Positions 1 through 9,945 of a stretch of DNA of 64,000 bases are shown here, in pieces (position 1 is the first letter of the stretch; the number at the start of each line of letters is the position of its first letter). The position numbers and the translations under genes were made by a program. The notes below the pieces were generated by a model that did not search any database, was not told the origin of the DNA, and worked only from the letters and a program-made list of their open reading frames with translations. The stretch comes from Alphaproteobacteria bacterium (lineage in GTDB: Bacteria; Pseudomonadota; Alphaproteobacteria; MPNO01; UBA830), in assembly GCA_965243135.1 (NCBI GenBank), contig OZ251539.1, positions 2,336,001 through 2,400,000 of the forward strand, in the 5' to 3' direction.

Positions 1-31
1 CGGCTACGATGTAAAGCGTCGGTTCCGTCAA
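1..31 (-). CDS. Partial 5' end of a possible zeta-toxin-like P-loop ATPase running off the window edge
   Basis: TTG start at 31 gives MTEPTLYIVA(G), resembling the LYIxAGxNGxGKT N-terminus of zeta-toxin-like ATPases. Only 10 codons are visible. Confidence 0.3.
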   Translation of the reverse strand, partial: MTEPTLYIVA

Positions 32-792
32 GGCATGTCGGACTTGGGAGGTTCAATTCTCCGGCTTTAGTCCGGGCAACGTAAGCGCCGTCCTTGCGAC
101 GCCCCTAAAGCGTTCCCCCCACCTCGATCTGCGCTGCGAGATCGGCCCGTTCGCGCCATGCCTCCGAGTGGGCGACGGTATTTTCCTTTGCGTCAGCGCA
201 TTTTACCAGCCTCCGGAAGATACGACGATAACGGTGCGGTTTTACAAACGGTCATAATTCGGAGCCCGCTCGCCCCGTATCATGTAACTTTGGGGGTGGT
301 TCTCCCGGCCTCGCGCCGCTCGCCGACATAACCGTTTCGCGTTCGGGCGTCGCGGCGCGAAGACAGGGCTGTACGGGGCAGCCCTCAGCGTCGCGCTCCT
401 CTCGAACGGCAAGCGCCGCCGCGAAAAAATCTCGCGGAACGGTTTCGTGTGGCCGGTAGATCGGGGTTAGTTACACAACAACAAGGACAAGCCTCGACAG
501 GGGCACCCTTTCAACGCCGCGCACGCACGGGGGCGACGGCTTGGGCACCGTCAGACGGGCCGCCACAGTCGGCCGTCCGCGCGAGGTTGCCGCAGGGGCG
601 GAACGCCCGGCCGCTCAACCCGCTCCCGAAAACGGCGAGAAACCGTCCGACAGAGCGGCATCCCCGAAGCCCCCGCCGATCTTCTCCAACCCGATGATTT
701 CGAGAACGTTGCGATCGGGATCGTGAAAATAACACTGCTTTCCATGGAACACGCCTTCGCGGCGTTCCTCTTCGAAGATGATCTCGATGCCG

Positions 793-2441
793 CAGAAATT
801 CCCGCTAAGGTGGCCGCCCTTTGCGAAAGGCGCGTCGAGATAGCGTCGTTACCGAGGGACCAGCCGCCGCGACGCACCTTCCCCGCTTCGGCTTGGTGCC
901 GACTTAGCCTTGACCATCCTGTTTCCCCTGAAAAACTTGCTTTAGCACATTCGGTCACGGTGCCAGGTCAGGAGGTGTCGTAGGGAATTCCCTCTGCTTT
1001 CCGGTATCCAAACGCGATCATTCGGTAGAGTGTTTCCCAGTCCTTCAAGAAGTATTCGAGAAACAATCCCCGCGCCTTTTCCCAGAAGTAAATGGGCCGC
1101 TTGGCCTTCGTTTGCGCCTGTTGGAACAGTTTGCAACATCGCTGTTGAATCTGGTCAATCAGGAACGCCAGCATCATCAGGAACGCAAAGACCGTCGACA
1201 GATTCTTGTTACCGTGACCGAAGTTGTGCTCAAAGCAGTAGCCTTGGTTCTTCAGGGTGTTGAAAGTTTCGTTCTCGATCTTCCAGCGCGCCCGCCCGGT
1301 GCGCATCAACTCCATCAGGTTCCCTTCGTCAATTGGCAGATCCGTGACCCAGGAGAAACGTTGTTTCTTGCCGTTTGGGAGCTTCTCCCAGTATTCGAGA
1401 AAGTTCACTTTGAGGTCGAAGTGCGTATCGTTCAGAGGCACTCCGTTAAGATACCGGAATTCGTGCCGTATGTTGTCACCGTCCGTGAACTCCCGGCGCT
1501 CCACGGACGGCGCGTTGTTGACCCACTCGAACAGGAACTTGTGGTCGCCGGGCTTCGCCCCCAGTATGAAACGCATGTCTAACTCCTTGAGAAGATTGGC
1601 ATGCGGTCCGTTCGAGGCCAGCCCATCTTCCAACACAACCAGCTTCAGGTGCGGGTGTTCGCGACGCACATCTTTCAGAAGCCGTTTCGCTGCGTTGCGT
1701 TCGCAATCGTTCTTTTTTGCGCCGTCTTCCTTCAGGATCGGTTCCGGTGCAAACGGAAAAACCTCCTTTTGTTCCGGATGCACCAGAACGGCTCCCAACA
1801 TCTGGTGGTAGTAGGTAATCGTACCGTCGCGGTGGTGTTTCTCGCAGCAATTTTTACAGTGCACCTTGTCCGACGAGAAGTATCCCGTTCCATCGATCGA
1901 AAGAGCGTAATGCCCGTTCAGACAAGTGTATTCTTCCAATCCCTTGCCTCGTTGCAAAACCTGGAACATCTTCGTGAAACAACGCCGCAATTGCCGCGGA
2001 CAGACTTCGTCAAGCCGTTCGCGCATCGCAGTGTCCGACGGCACGCGCTTGACGCCGTATAAGGTCGCGAGGTTGTGCCGAACCACTTCGTCGGCGTGCG
2101 CGGCCTCGTCGAATTGCAGAAGCGACGCATACTTCATACCGAACACCGCTAGACCCGACATCAGACAGTCCGTCTGGTTCAGCCCCCTGCTCGCGATCGG
2201 ATCTTCGATACGGTCGAAACAAGCTCGCACTTCCTTCAGCAATCCCGGAGCGCTGAGCGTCTTGCGCATGCCTGGCATTCTGGCCATTTTGGTTACAATC
2301 CCGCCTCGCCTTCGGACCACTTTCCAGAGAAAAATGCTCCGCTCGAAGGCAAATAGCCCCGAATCACCTCGAAAAGTCCACGAAAGACTTTTTTCCGGCC
2401 CCATATTTTTCAAGGGTTTCGAGCCTTAGCGGGAATTGCTG
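793..2441 (-). mobile_element. Complete insertion sequence (DDE, ISNCY/IS4-like) with 18-bp terminal inverted repeats and a 9-bp target duplication
   Basis: IR CAGAAATTCCCGCTAAGG (793-810) matches the reverse complement of 2424-2441, CAGCAATTCCCGCTAAGG, at 17/18. Flanked by the direct repeat TCGATGCCG at 784-792 and 2442-2450. Confidence 0.95.
968..2287 (-). CDS. DDE transposase (ISNCY/IS4-like)
   Basis: Motifs SIDGT, LEDGLASN and RARWKIENETFNTLKNQGY...EHNFGHG. Lies inside the IRs. Start placed at MARMPG. Confidence 0.9.
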   Translation of the reverse strand: MARMPGMRKTLSAPGLLKEVRACFDRIEDPIASRGLNQTDCLMSGLAVFGMKYASLLQFDEAAHADEVVRHNLATLYGVKRVPSDTAMRERLDEVCPRQLRRCFTKMFQVLQRGKGLEEYTCLNGHYALSIDGTGYFSSDKVHCKNCCEKHHRDGTITYYHQMLGAVLVHPEQKEVFPFAPEPILKEDGAKKNDCERNAAKRLLKDVRREHPHLKLVVLEDGLASNGPHANLLKELDMRFILGAKPGDHKFLFEWVNNAPSVERREFTDGDNIRHEFRYLNGVPLNDTHFDLKVNFLEYWEKLPNGKKQRFSWVTDLPIDEGNLMELMRTGRARWKIENETFNTLKNQGYCFEHNFGHGNKNLSTVFAFLMMLAFLIDQIQQRCCKLFQQAQTKAKRPIYFWEKARGLFLEYFLKDWETLYRMIAFGYRKAEGIPYDTS

Positions 2442-2913
2442 TCGATGCCGCCTGCGAGCAAATGCCGCTTCGCGTCCTCGTACGCGTCGACGTCGACCCG
2501 AAAGGCGTGATGCACGCGGAACTCCTCGCCGGGGTTCGGATCGATCAGCGTCTTGCTTCTGGTGAGAATTACGAAATCGTCGCCGGCCCGCATGAAGACC
2601 ATGCCGACCGACGGCACCTTTTCCACGGTCTCCAGGCCGAGAACGTCGCGATAGAACGCTTCGCTCTTGTCGATATCGGTCACGGAAATGGTGAAATGGA
2701 CAACGCCTCTCGTTTCAATCATCCGCTTGCTCCGCACGTTCCGCCAACATGCCCGAAACTCGAACCGCGCATTGCAAATGCCGCTGTCGGCCCAACTCCG
2801 AGGCCCATGCGCTGCGCCGTTTTCGTGTCGACCGACCGCCCGGCCGACAGCCTTTCGCGGAGGCGACCCCGCTTGCCGAAACGCGCGGACGGGACCTCGT
2901 CCGGCTCCCGGCT

Positions 2914-4458
2914 TCAGACGGTCTCGAACTCGAACCCGACGATGTTGCGCTCCTCCCGGCCGAACTCGATCCCGATCAGGTGAACCGGCACGTCCGGACG
3001 CCGGTGCTTGTCCGCGTAGCCGCGCTCCCGAATCTGCGCCAGAGCCCGGCCTTCCGGCTTCCCGTCCACGATCTTGAACTCGAACAGATAGACATTGCCG
3101 TTGTACAGAACCACCAGGTCCGAGCGGCCGCGCGCCGTGCTCTCCTCCGCGCGGACGTCCATCCCCGCCGCCACGAAGTGCGAGTAGAGCACGCTCGCGT
3201 AGTGCGCCTCGTAGCCCGCCAGGCCCGTGTTCGCGTACCACTCGTTCGGAATGCTCGCCAGCAACGCCCGGAACTGCCGCTCAAGGCCCGCGAAGTCGTT
3301 CGCCCGCATCAGGCGGCGCAACTCCTGGCTCTCCGCCGCGACCGCGACGTCCGGCGCCATCGTCTGCAGCAGAAGCTCGTTCAGGCTGCGCCTCACCTCC
3401 TGGTTCGGGTAGTCCAGCCGGTAGAGGAGCGCGTCGTCGTCCCGCTTCTCGTCGACGATGGTCAGATAACCGGTCTGGAACAAAAGCGTCTCGACGGGAA
3501 TGCGGTCGACGTCGAGGGCCGATAGCAGCGTGGCGTTCGCGATCGCACCCTCCAAGGCCGGCGCCGAGACCCGGCGACGCGCCAGAAGGTCGGCGAGGAA
3601 GGTCGGCGTGCCGGTCTGGAACCAGTGCTCCTCGAACTCGCGCGTTTCGAAGAGCAGGAGAATGTCGAACGGGTTGTAGACCCTCTCCGGACCGCGCCAG
3701 TTGTAGCCGTTGTACCAGCGGCGGATCTTGTCCCGGTCCAGGCCCTCGATCTCCGGGGCGAAGACCGCGTCCAGCTCGTCGTCCGTGTAGCCGCAGATGG
3801 CGCCGAAACGCGGATCGAGGGTGATGTCGCGCAGGTTGTTCAGGCCCGAGAAAATGCCCGCCCGCGAGAATCTGCTCACCCCCGTCAGGAAAACGAAACG
3901 GAGCTGCCTGTCGCAGTCCTTGATCATCGCGTAGAAGCCGCGCAGGAAGTTCCGGTTGGCCAGCGCCAGTTCCCGGTCGCCGAGCGCGTCCAGCATCGGC
4001 TTGTCGTATTCGTCCACCAGAACGACCGCCCGCCGCCCGGTGCGCTCGTGCAGCGTTCTTATCAGGCGCCGGAAACGGACCGACGCCTCGGCGGCACCCG
4101 GTTCGAGGCCGGCCAGCCGCTCCGCCTCCTCCAGCTGGTCTTCCACGTTTCTCCGAACGAAGTCCGGGGTGTCGAAATTGCCGCCGCCGAAGCTGATCCG
4201 CACGACCGGACAACGCGTCGACCAGTCCCACTTGCCGTGTATGGCGAGGCCCCGGAACAGCTCCTCGCTTCCCTCGAACAACTCCTGCAGCGTGTCCACC
4301 AGCAGGGTCTTGCCGAACCGCCGCGGACGCGACAGGAAATAGTACCTGCCTCTCTCGACGAGGCGGCGCACATGGTCCGTCTTGTCGACGTAGTAGCAGT
4401 CCAGCTCCCGGATCGTCCGGAGGGAGGACATGCCGGTCGGAAGCATGCGTCTCGTCAT
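2914..4458 (-). CDS. AAA-ATPase-like protein with a C-terminal PD-(D/E)XK nuclease domain
   Basis: YYVDKT, RPRRFGKT (Walker A), LVDEYDKP, FLTGVSRF, SGLNNL and YNPF, then C-terminal GRSDL...LFEFK and ALAQIRERGY. Confidence 0.92.
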   Translation of the reverse strand: MTRRMLPTGMSSLRTIRELDCYYVDKTDHVRRLVERGRYYFLSRPRRFGKTLLVDTLQELFEGSEELFRGLAIHGKWDWSTRCPVVRISFGGGNFDTPDFVRRNVEDQLEEAERLAGLEPGAAEASVRFRRLIRTLHERTGRRAVVLVDEYDKPMLDALGDRELALANRNFLRGFYAMIKDCDRQLRFVFLTGVSRFSRAGIFSGLNNLRDITLDPRFGAICGYTDDELDAVFAPEIEGLDRDKIRRWYNGYNWRGPERVYNPFDILLLFETREFEEHWFQTGTPTFLADLLARRRVSAPALEGAIANATLLSALDVDRIPVETLLFQTGYLTIVDEKRDDDALLYRLDYPNQEVRRSLNELLLQTMAPDVAVAAESQELRRLMRANDFAGLERQFRALLASIPNEWYANTGLAGYEAHYASVLYSHFVAAGMDVRAEESTARGRSDLVVLYNGNVYLFEFKIVDGKPEGRALAQIRERGYADKHRRPDVPVHLIGIEFGREERNIVGFEFETV

Positions 4459-4646
4459 CCGAAGACGGTAGGCCGCCATGCCGGAGCCGTCAAGGAGAAG
4501 GCTCTTCGAGGCGTTTGCGCCGTTCCGCTTTGTCGGCTGCCATCCGTTCGGCGCCCCGCGGATCGCCGGCCGCCCACGAAATCCGGCGGCGAACGCAGCA
4601 CAAGCGTTCACCCGTCGCGGCGCTTCAGAAGCTCGCTATTCCGAGC

Positions 4647-5372
4647 CTACCATCGCTCGACCGACGGGCGAAGATCCAGTTCGAAACTCCATGCATCGCG
4701 AGGCTGGATATGGAGCGCCCAGTAGGCTTCGGCGATGTGGTCCGCCTTCAGCATGCCGCCCGGCGGAAGCGCAGCCGCCCGTTCCGGCATTCGGGCGCGC
4801 ACCGCCTTCGAATCGATCATTCCGTCCACGACGACATGGGCCACGTGCACCCCTCGCGGTCCGAGTTCTCGCGCCATGGACTGGGCGAGCGCCCTGAGCG
4901 CATGCTTGGCCCCGGCAAAGGAAGCGAAGCCCGCGCCCCCGCGAACGCTTGCCGTCGCGCCCGTGAACAGGATCGTCCCCCTGCCCCGCGAAACCATGCG
5001 GCGCGCCGCTTCGCGTCCCGTCAGAAACCCTGCGAACGCCGCGCTTTCCCAGACCTGACGATAGATGCGGGCCGTCATGTCGAGGATTCCGCAGCGATGC
5101 TGCGCGCCGGCGTTGAACACGCAAACTTCGACCGGGCCGATCTCCTCTTCGACGCAAGCGAACAGGCTTGCGACCGCCTCTTCGTCACGCGCGTCGCAGG
5201 GGATTCCCTTTGCGCGGCCCCCTTCGGCCTCAATCGCCATCACCAGATCGTCAAGCGGTTCGGTCTTTCGCCGCGACGGCACCGCCACCATGCCCGCCCG
5301 CGCGAAGCGACGCGCGATCGCGCCTCCCAGCGCGTCCCCGGCTCCGACGACAACCGCGGCACCTTCGGCCAT
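4647..5372 (-). CDS. SDR family oxidoreductase
   Basis: VVGAGDALG Rossmann motif, FNAG, TGATASVRG and FAGAK. Confidence 0.9.
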   Translation of the reverse strand: MAEGAAVVVGAGDALGGAIARRFARAGMVAVPSRRKTEPLDDLVMAIEAEGGRAKGIPCDARDEEAVASLFACVEEEIGPVEVCVFNAGAQHRCGILDMTARIYRQVWESAAFAGFLTGREAARRMVSRGRGTILFTGATASVRGGAGFASFAGAKHALRALAQSMARELGPRGVHVAHVVVDGMIDSKAVRARMPERAAALPPGGMLKADHIAEAYWALHIQPRDAWSFELDLRPSVERW

Positions 5373-5375
5373 CAA

Positions 5376-5849
5376 TTAGAAAGGGATGACGATGGGCCCC
5401 ATGGGCGCATCGCAGTTGAGCAAATCGACCCGCTTGCGGACGATCTCGAACCCGTCGTCCACCGACCTCAGATCGTGAACGTATTCGCCGGCGAATACCC
5501 GTTGGGTATCGTCCCTGAACTCGACCAGCGTAAAGTTGGACCGAACCGTTACAAGATCCGCACTTTCGGCCATCATGTTTCCGATTACGCGCCGCGTCCG
5601 CGCCGGCGGCTGATCCGAATAATTGGCGGGGTGACGCAGCCGGCGGACGCGCACCTCAAGAAGCTGCCGACCTTCGTAGGCGATCGACGCCTCGCCGACG
5701 GGGTCGGTCTGACCCGGCGCCGCCGCGATCCAGTAAATTCCGTCCTCGGCGAACAACGCCAGCCATTCCTCGAAACGCCTTTCGTCGAGCATGCGGGCCT
5801 CCCGGTACAGAAACTCCTCGACGGTTCGAAGAAACTGGAGGCGCATCAA
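5376..5849 (-). CDS. Aromatic-ring-hydroxylating dioxygenase beta subunit
   Basis: FLYREARMLDERRFEEWLALF...YW, PPARTRR and KRVDLLN. 157 aa. Confidence 0.9.
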   Translation of the reverse strand: MMRLQFLRTVEEFLYREARMLDERRFEEWLALFAEDGIYWIAAAPGQTDPVGEASIAYEGRQLLEVRVRRLRHPANYSDQPPARTRRVIGNMMAESADLVTVRSNFTLVEFRDDTQRVFAGEYVHDLRSVDDGFEIVRKRVDLLNCDAPMGPIVIPF

Positions 5850-6532
5850 CCGTTCCGGAGCGCCGCCAAGGCCTCGTCGGCGGTCATGACATCGCCGAAT
5901 TGCTGGATCACGTTCTCAAGCGCGGAGCGATGCTCCTCGTCGGAAAGCGCCGCGGCGCAATCCTCGACCAGCACGACCGCATAGTCGAGCATCATGGCGT
6001 CGCGGCAAGTGCTTTCGCAACAGATGTTGGTCTTGGTGCCGCCGACCATGACGTTTTCGATGCGGTGGCTCGAGAGCACGCTCTGAAGCACGGAAGATCC
6101 CGGGGTAAGCGGCGAGTAGCGATTCTTCCGGACGCGCAGGTCGCCGTCGCCGACAAAAAGCTCCGGCCAAATTCGTTCGCCGTGCCCGTCCGGCGTCAGC
6201 GCTTCCAGAGTCCGGTCCCTCATGTCCGCGGCCACGAAATTGCGGATGAAGGTTTCCCAGTCGCTTTTCCCGTTCGCGCGGGCGATCGCACTGGTGATCC
6301 ATACGATCAGTCCGCCGAGTTCGCGCAGCGTCGACGCCAGTCGATTCACGTTGGAACAGATCCCCCGCGCCGCCGGCACCTCGGCAGGAGCGCCCGGCTC
6401 GCAAAACATATTCTGCATGTCCACGACGACGAACGCGGTCCGAGCCGGATCGAGGGATTCGAACAGGCGGCGGCGCCCGCGCCGCGCCAGCACCCGGTCG
6501 ACGATTTCGCTGCGCACCGTCGCCTGATGCAC
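5846..6532 (-). CDS. Isochorismatase-family cysteine hydrolase
   Basis: Asp-Lys-Cys triad motifs VVDMQN, KNRYS and TNICCEST. Confidence 0.9.
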   Translation of the reverse strand: MHQATVRSEIVDRVLARRGRRRLFESLDPARTAFVVVDMQNMFCEPGAPAEVPAARGICSNVNRLASTLRELGGLIVWITSAIARANGKSDWETFIRNFVAADMRDRTLEALTPDGHGERIWPELFVGDGDLRVRKNRYSPLTPGSSVLQSVLSSHRIENVMVGGTKTNICCESTCRDAMMLDYAVVLVEDCAAALSDEEHRSALENVIQQFGDVMTADEALAALRNG

Positions 6533-6539
6533 GGCGCGT

Positions 6540-7445
6540 CTACTCCGCAGCCTGCGCCACCTGCGCAGCCGGATGGAGCACGATATCGTAGTCGATTTCG
6601 TTGAAAGGGGCCGTAATTCCCAGTTCTTCGGCTTCCTTTCCGGAATCGTTCAGACGCCAGTCGAGCACCAACGAATCCTTGACGCCGAACACGGCGTCGT
6701 TGTCGAGGTAGCGATCGTTCTCGACGAAGAACTCGGTCGTGAGAGTTTGATATCCCGGAGCCGTCACGCGAACGTGCAGATGGGCGGGACGCCATACATT
6801 GCGTTTCGCGCGCTCCATCATCGCCGCGGCGGGACCGTCGAGCGGTATCGTGTAAGGAAGCGGTTTGGTCGTGGTGAAGGAGAACCGGCCGTCTTCTCCC
6901 GTGACCATCCGGCACCGCAGATTGTATCCCCTTTCGGGTTCCTGCACGTCGTAGAGCCCGTTGGGGCCGTTCTGCCAGAAATCGAGCACTGCGCCGGCGA
7001 CCGGAGCGCCTCCCGACCGTCTGACGACGCCGTGGACATATGCGGGATCGCCGTCCTTGTTGCGTTCGCCGATCAGATCTCCGCCAACTTCCACCTGAGG
7101 CACCTCGCCAAGCTCCCCCGCCCGTTCGATGTAGAACGGGCCAAGCACGGAGTTCTCGGTAGCGCCTTCCGGCCGCCGGTTGTTGATCGTGTCGACCAGC
7201 GAGGAGACGCCGAGCACGTCGGAGGTCAGGACGAATTCGCTGCGCTCGGGCGACGAGATTTCGGCGCATTCGTGAAGATACGCGATTCCGGCCTCCCACT
7301 CCTTTTGCGTGAGTTGCACCTCGCGGACGAACGCATGGAGATGCCGAATCATGGAGCTCATTATTTCCTTGAAACGCGGGTCAGGATTCTCCGACCATGC
7401 GTCGAGAACGACATCGGTCGTGTTTTCTTCGGTCAGGTTGCGCAT
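6540..7445 (-). CDS. Intradiol ring-cleavage dioxygenase (hydroxyquinol/catechol 1,2-dioxygenase family)
   Basis: HLHAFVREVQLT...LTSDVLGVS, SVLGPFY and iron ligands GLYDVQ, PYTIP and WRPAHLH. Start MRNLTEE follows GGAGG. Confidence 0.92.
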   Translation of the reverse strand: MRNLTEENTTDVVLDAWSENPDPRFKEIMSSMIRHLHAFVREVQLTQKEWEAGIAYLHECAEISSPERSEFVLTSDVLGVSSLVDTINNRRPEGATENSVLGPFYIERAGELGEVPQVEVGGDLIGERNKDGDPAYVHGVVRRSGGAPVAGAVLDFWQNGPNGLYDVQEPERGYNLRCRMVTGEDGRFSFTTTKPLPYTIPLDGPAAAMMERAKRNVWRPAHLHVRVTAPGYQTLTTEFFVENDRYLDNDAVFGVKDSLVLDWRLNDSGKEAEELGITAPFNEIDYDIVLHPAAQVAQAAE

Positions 7446-8131
7446 GGGTGCCTCCGAATTTGGCCATTCGCAAAGGATAAGCCCGCGCTTCGCCCATGGC
7501 AACGCCTGGACGTGGCGCTGCTGCTGGTGCCGGAGGCGGCGCGCTACGGGTTCCAAGTTGGCCTCGGCGTTTCTGCGCCTCTCCGCCGGACTCTTGAACC
7601 AGGAAAAAGTCGGCCGTCGGGCAAGCTCGGCCGAGCGATGGCCCCCGACAGTTTCCGGGGCGCGTGGACATCGGCGGCGGCGACGACGGAACGCAAGCGC
7701 GAGCCTGAAATTCTTGCGACTCGACCGCCCCAGCCGGTCGCCGCGAAAGCAGCCCGGCGAAGCCGGAGCGAGCAGGCAGCCCCCTCGCCGTCCCGAAGAC
7801 GCCACCGAACGCGAAAATCCGTCCCGAAAACCGCTGCTTGAAGACGGGGAAAGCTCTCGTGGGTTCAAGAACCACGGGCGCTCGCGACGCCGACCAGCAT
7901 CTCAAGCGCCGAACCGACCCACAGGTTTCCGCATCTTCCGCGCCGAGATTTTGTCCGCAGCGCAGGCGGCCACGCCGGCGACATGCGTCGAAAGCGCCGT
8001 CCACCACTGGCCGCGCGGCTGGCGACCTCTCTCTCGCGCAAAGGCGCCGTCGCGGACGAGGTCTCCGCGCAACGACCGAAGCGGTCGGTCGCATTTCCCG
8101 CGCCCGAAAGCGCCAGCCGCGCGGCGCTCCG

Positions 8132-8599
8132 TCATGAGGACTTCGAGAAACTCCAGTTCTCGTTGATCACCGTGCCGGATCCGCGAATGACTTTGGCGAT
8201 CGGGCAAAACTTCTGCAGGTCCGCTTTGACCTTGTCGAACTCGGCCTCGTCATGGGGCGTGGCGACGGCGATGTTCAGAACGATCTCCGGAAACGGAACG
8301 CCCACCTCCTCCTTCATCATGACGCCTCGGCGGTCGAAACGGGCCGCGGCGTCGATCTCCATCGAATCGATATGGATGCCGTAACCCTCCGAAATGCGGT
8401 TCGTAATGACGTTGGTGCAGCCGATCAGCGCCGCAACCAGCGTCTCGGTGGGCGTGAAACCGAGATTGCTGCCGCCGCGGTCTACCGGCTCGTCAATGAC
8501 GCCTTCGAGGTCGCGAACGCTGATGTCGCTGCGCGCATGGGTCGGACAGGTCGCCGACATCTTCATCGTAACCTCGTTCTTCTGCATTGCTTGGGTCAT
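8132..8599 (-). CDS. OsmC family protein
   Basis: IDEPVDRGG.N.G.TPTE..AALIGC and second Cys in KFCPI. Start overlaps the upstream gene's stop. Confidence 0.88.
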   Translation of the reverse strand: MTQAMQKNEVTMKMSATCPTHARSDISVRDLEGVIDEPVDRGGSNLGFTPTETLVAALIGCTNVITNRISEGYGIHIDSMEIDAAARFDRRGVMMKEEVGVPFPEIVLNIAVATPHDEAEFDKVKADLQKFCPIAKVIRGSGTVINENWSFSKSS

Positions 8600-9669
8600 C
8601 GTCTCTCCTTTCGATCTCGCCGCCTCCCATGGAAGGCGTCTTCGAGAAGTCTCCGGACGCTGCTTCGGTCGACCGGTCTCGGGTTTATATAAGGCGTCTC
8701 GGTCGCAATGCCAGCCGCCAGATCGATCCCTTCCCGCTCCAGGCCAAGTTCGGCGAGGCTTGTCGGCGCCCCGACTCGGGCCGCCAGATCGTGCAGTCCT
8801 TCGACGGCATCCGCCGCCCCCAGCGCGCGGCTTGCCGACGCCATGGCGGCCGGGGCGGCGTCCCGATTGAAATCCGCCGCGTAAGGGAGCAGCACGGCGT
8901 GCGTTTCCGCGTGCGGCAGGCCGAACGAACCGCCCAGAACGTGACAGAGCTTGTGATGTATTCCCATAGCCGCCTTGGCGAGCGCAAGGCCGCACAAAAA
9001 AGCGCCGTACAGCGCCTCTCCTCGCGCCTCGTCGTCGGCCGCCCCGCTGCAAACCGTCGGCAATCCGGACGCCATCCTGGCGATGCCTTCCTCGGCGATC
9101 ATGGCCAGCACGGGATTGACGTTATGGGCGTACAGCGCTTCCACGGAATGAGCGACGGCGTTCAGGCCGCTCGGTCCCGCAATGCCGGTAGGCAGATCCG
9201 CCGTGAGATCCGCATCGTAGATCACGGTCGCGGGAACGACCCGCGAGTCGCGGCCGGTGGTCTTGCCGCCGCTCTCCGAAATTCCCCAAATGTCGGTCAT
9301 CTCGGAGCCGGCATAGGTCGACGGAACGGCCACGATGGCCGCCTCCCTCCGGAGGGCGACCGCCTTGGCGAGACCGATCGCGGAACCGCCGCCGATCGCG
9401 ACGATGCAATCCGCCTTGTGCCGATCCGCCATCGCTGCCGCGGCGTCCGCGTTCTCGCGCGGCACGTGCATGGCCGTTCCCGCGACGGCGGCGGCAAACC
9501 GGCTGCCCAGCGTTGCCGCTGCGGCGTCCGCCCTCGCGCGCTGGGACGCGGAGGACACGATAAGTACGGAAGTCGCGCCGAGCCGCTTTACCTCGGCCGG
9601 GATCTCGGCGATTCGCCCCGGACCGAAAAGCGCGCGGGCGGCAAAGGCCTCGTAGATGAACTCTTGCAT
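8596..9669 (-). CDS. Maleylacetate reductase (iron-containing ADH family)
   Basis: FIYE...R.LFG.G, GGGSAIGLAKA, PSTYAGSEMT, NAVAHSVEALY and HHKLCHVLGGSFGLPHAETH. Confidence 0.93.
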   Translation of the reverse strand: MQEFIYEAFAARALFGPGRIAEIPAEVKRLGATSVLIVSSASQRARADAAAATLGSRFAAAVAGTAMHVPRENADAAAAMADRHKADCIVAIGGGSAIGLAKAVALRREAAIVAVPSTYAGSEMTDIWGISESGGKTTGRDSRVVPATVIYDADLTADLPTGIAGPSGLNAVAHSVEALYAHNVNPVLAMIAEEGIARMASGLPTVCSGAADDEARGEALYGAFLCGLALAKAAMGIHHKLCHVLGGSFGLPHAETHAVLLPYAADFNRDAAPAAMASASRALGAADAVEGLHDLAARVGAPTSLAELGLEREGIDLAAGIATETPYINPRPVDRSSVRRLLEDAFHGRRRDRKERR

Positions 9670-9945
9670 GCAACCACCTCTACCGGCGCGCCGAACGGAA
9701 GACAAGCCAGAGAGCCTCTTTGGCGCGAGCGAAAAGGACGGCGCGCCGGCGAGTTTCGCAGCGTTGCCCTTCGCGTTCTTTCGGCAACGAGCGGGACGAG
9801 CCGACGCGCAAGGCCCTGCGTCGCGCCGACGCTGCGAACCGGGTTCGCCTTTACGCGGCTTCCGGACGAAAGCCGCCGAACGAACGACGGACAGGCCGAC
9901 GGAAGCGCGGAAATCGGCGCCGGAACCGCGCCGGGCCGGCGCCGC

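Larger units (their letters stand above)
615..2722 (-). pseudogene. VOC/glyoxalase family gene interrupted by an IS
   Basis: 5' part (2442-2722) reads MIETRGVVHFTISVTDIDKSEAFYRDVLGL...HHAFRV...LLAGGI. 3' part (615-792) reads GIEIIFEEERREGVFHGKQCYFHDPDRNVLEIIG...*. Removing the IS and one 9-bp duplication restores a single in-frame VOC ORF with a GGAG RBS. Confidence 0.92.

Noticed and set aside
362-374. 13-mer GACAGGGCTGTAC also present near 44017
   Set aside because: The similarity does not extend, and matches of this length are expected by chance in 64 kb.
723-983. 86-aa plus-strand ORF
   Set aside because: It straddles the IS boundary at 793 and is antisense to the VOC 3' half, so it is a chance frame.
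7450-8130. 680-bp gap between osmC and the intradiol dioxygenase as a gene or ncRNA
   Set aside because: I found no recognisable protein motif, RNA motif or repeat by eye.
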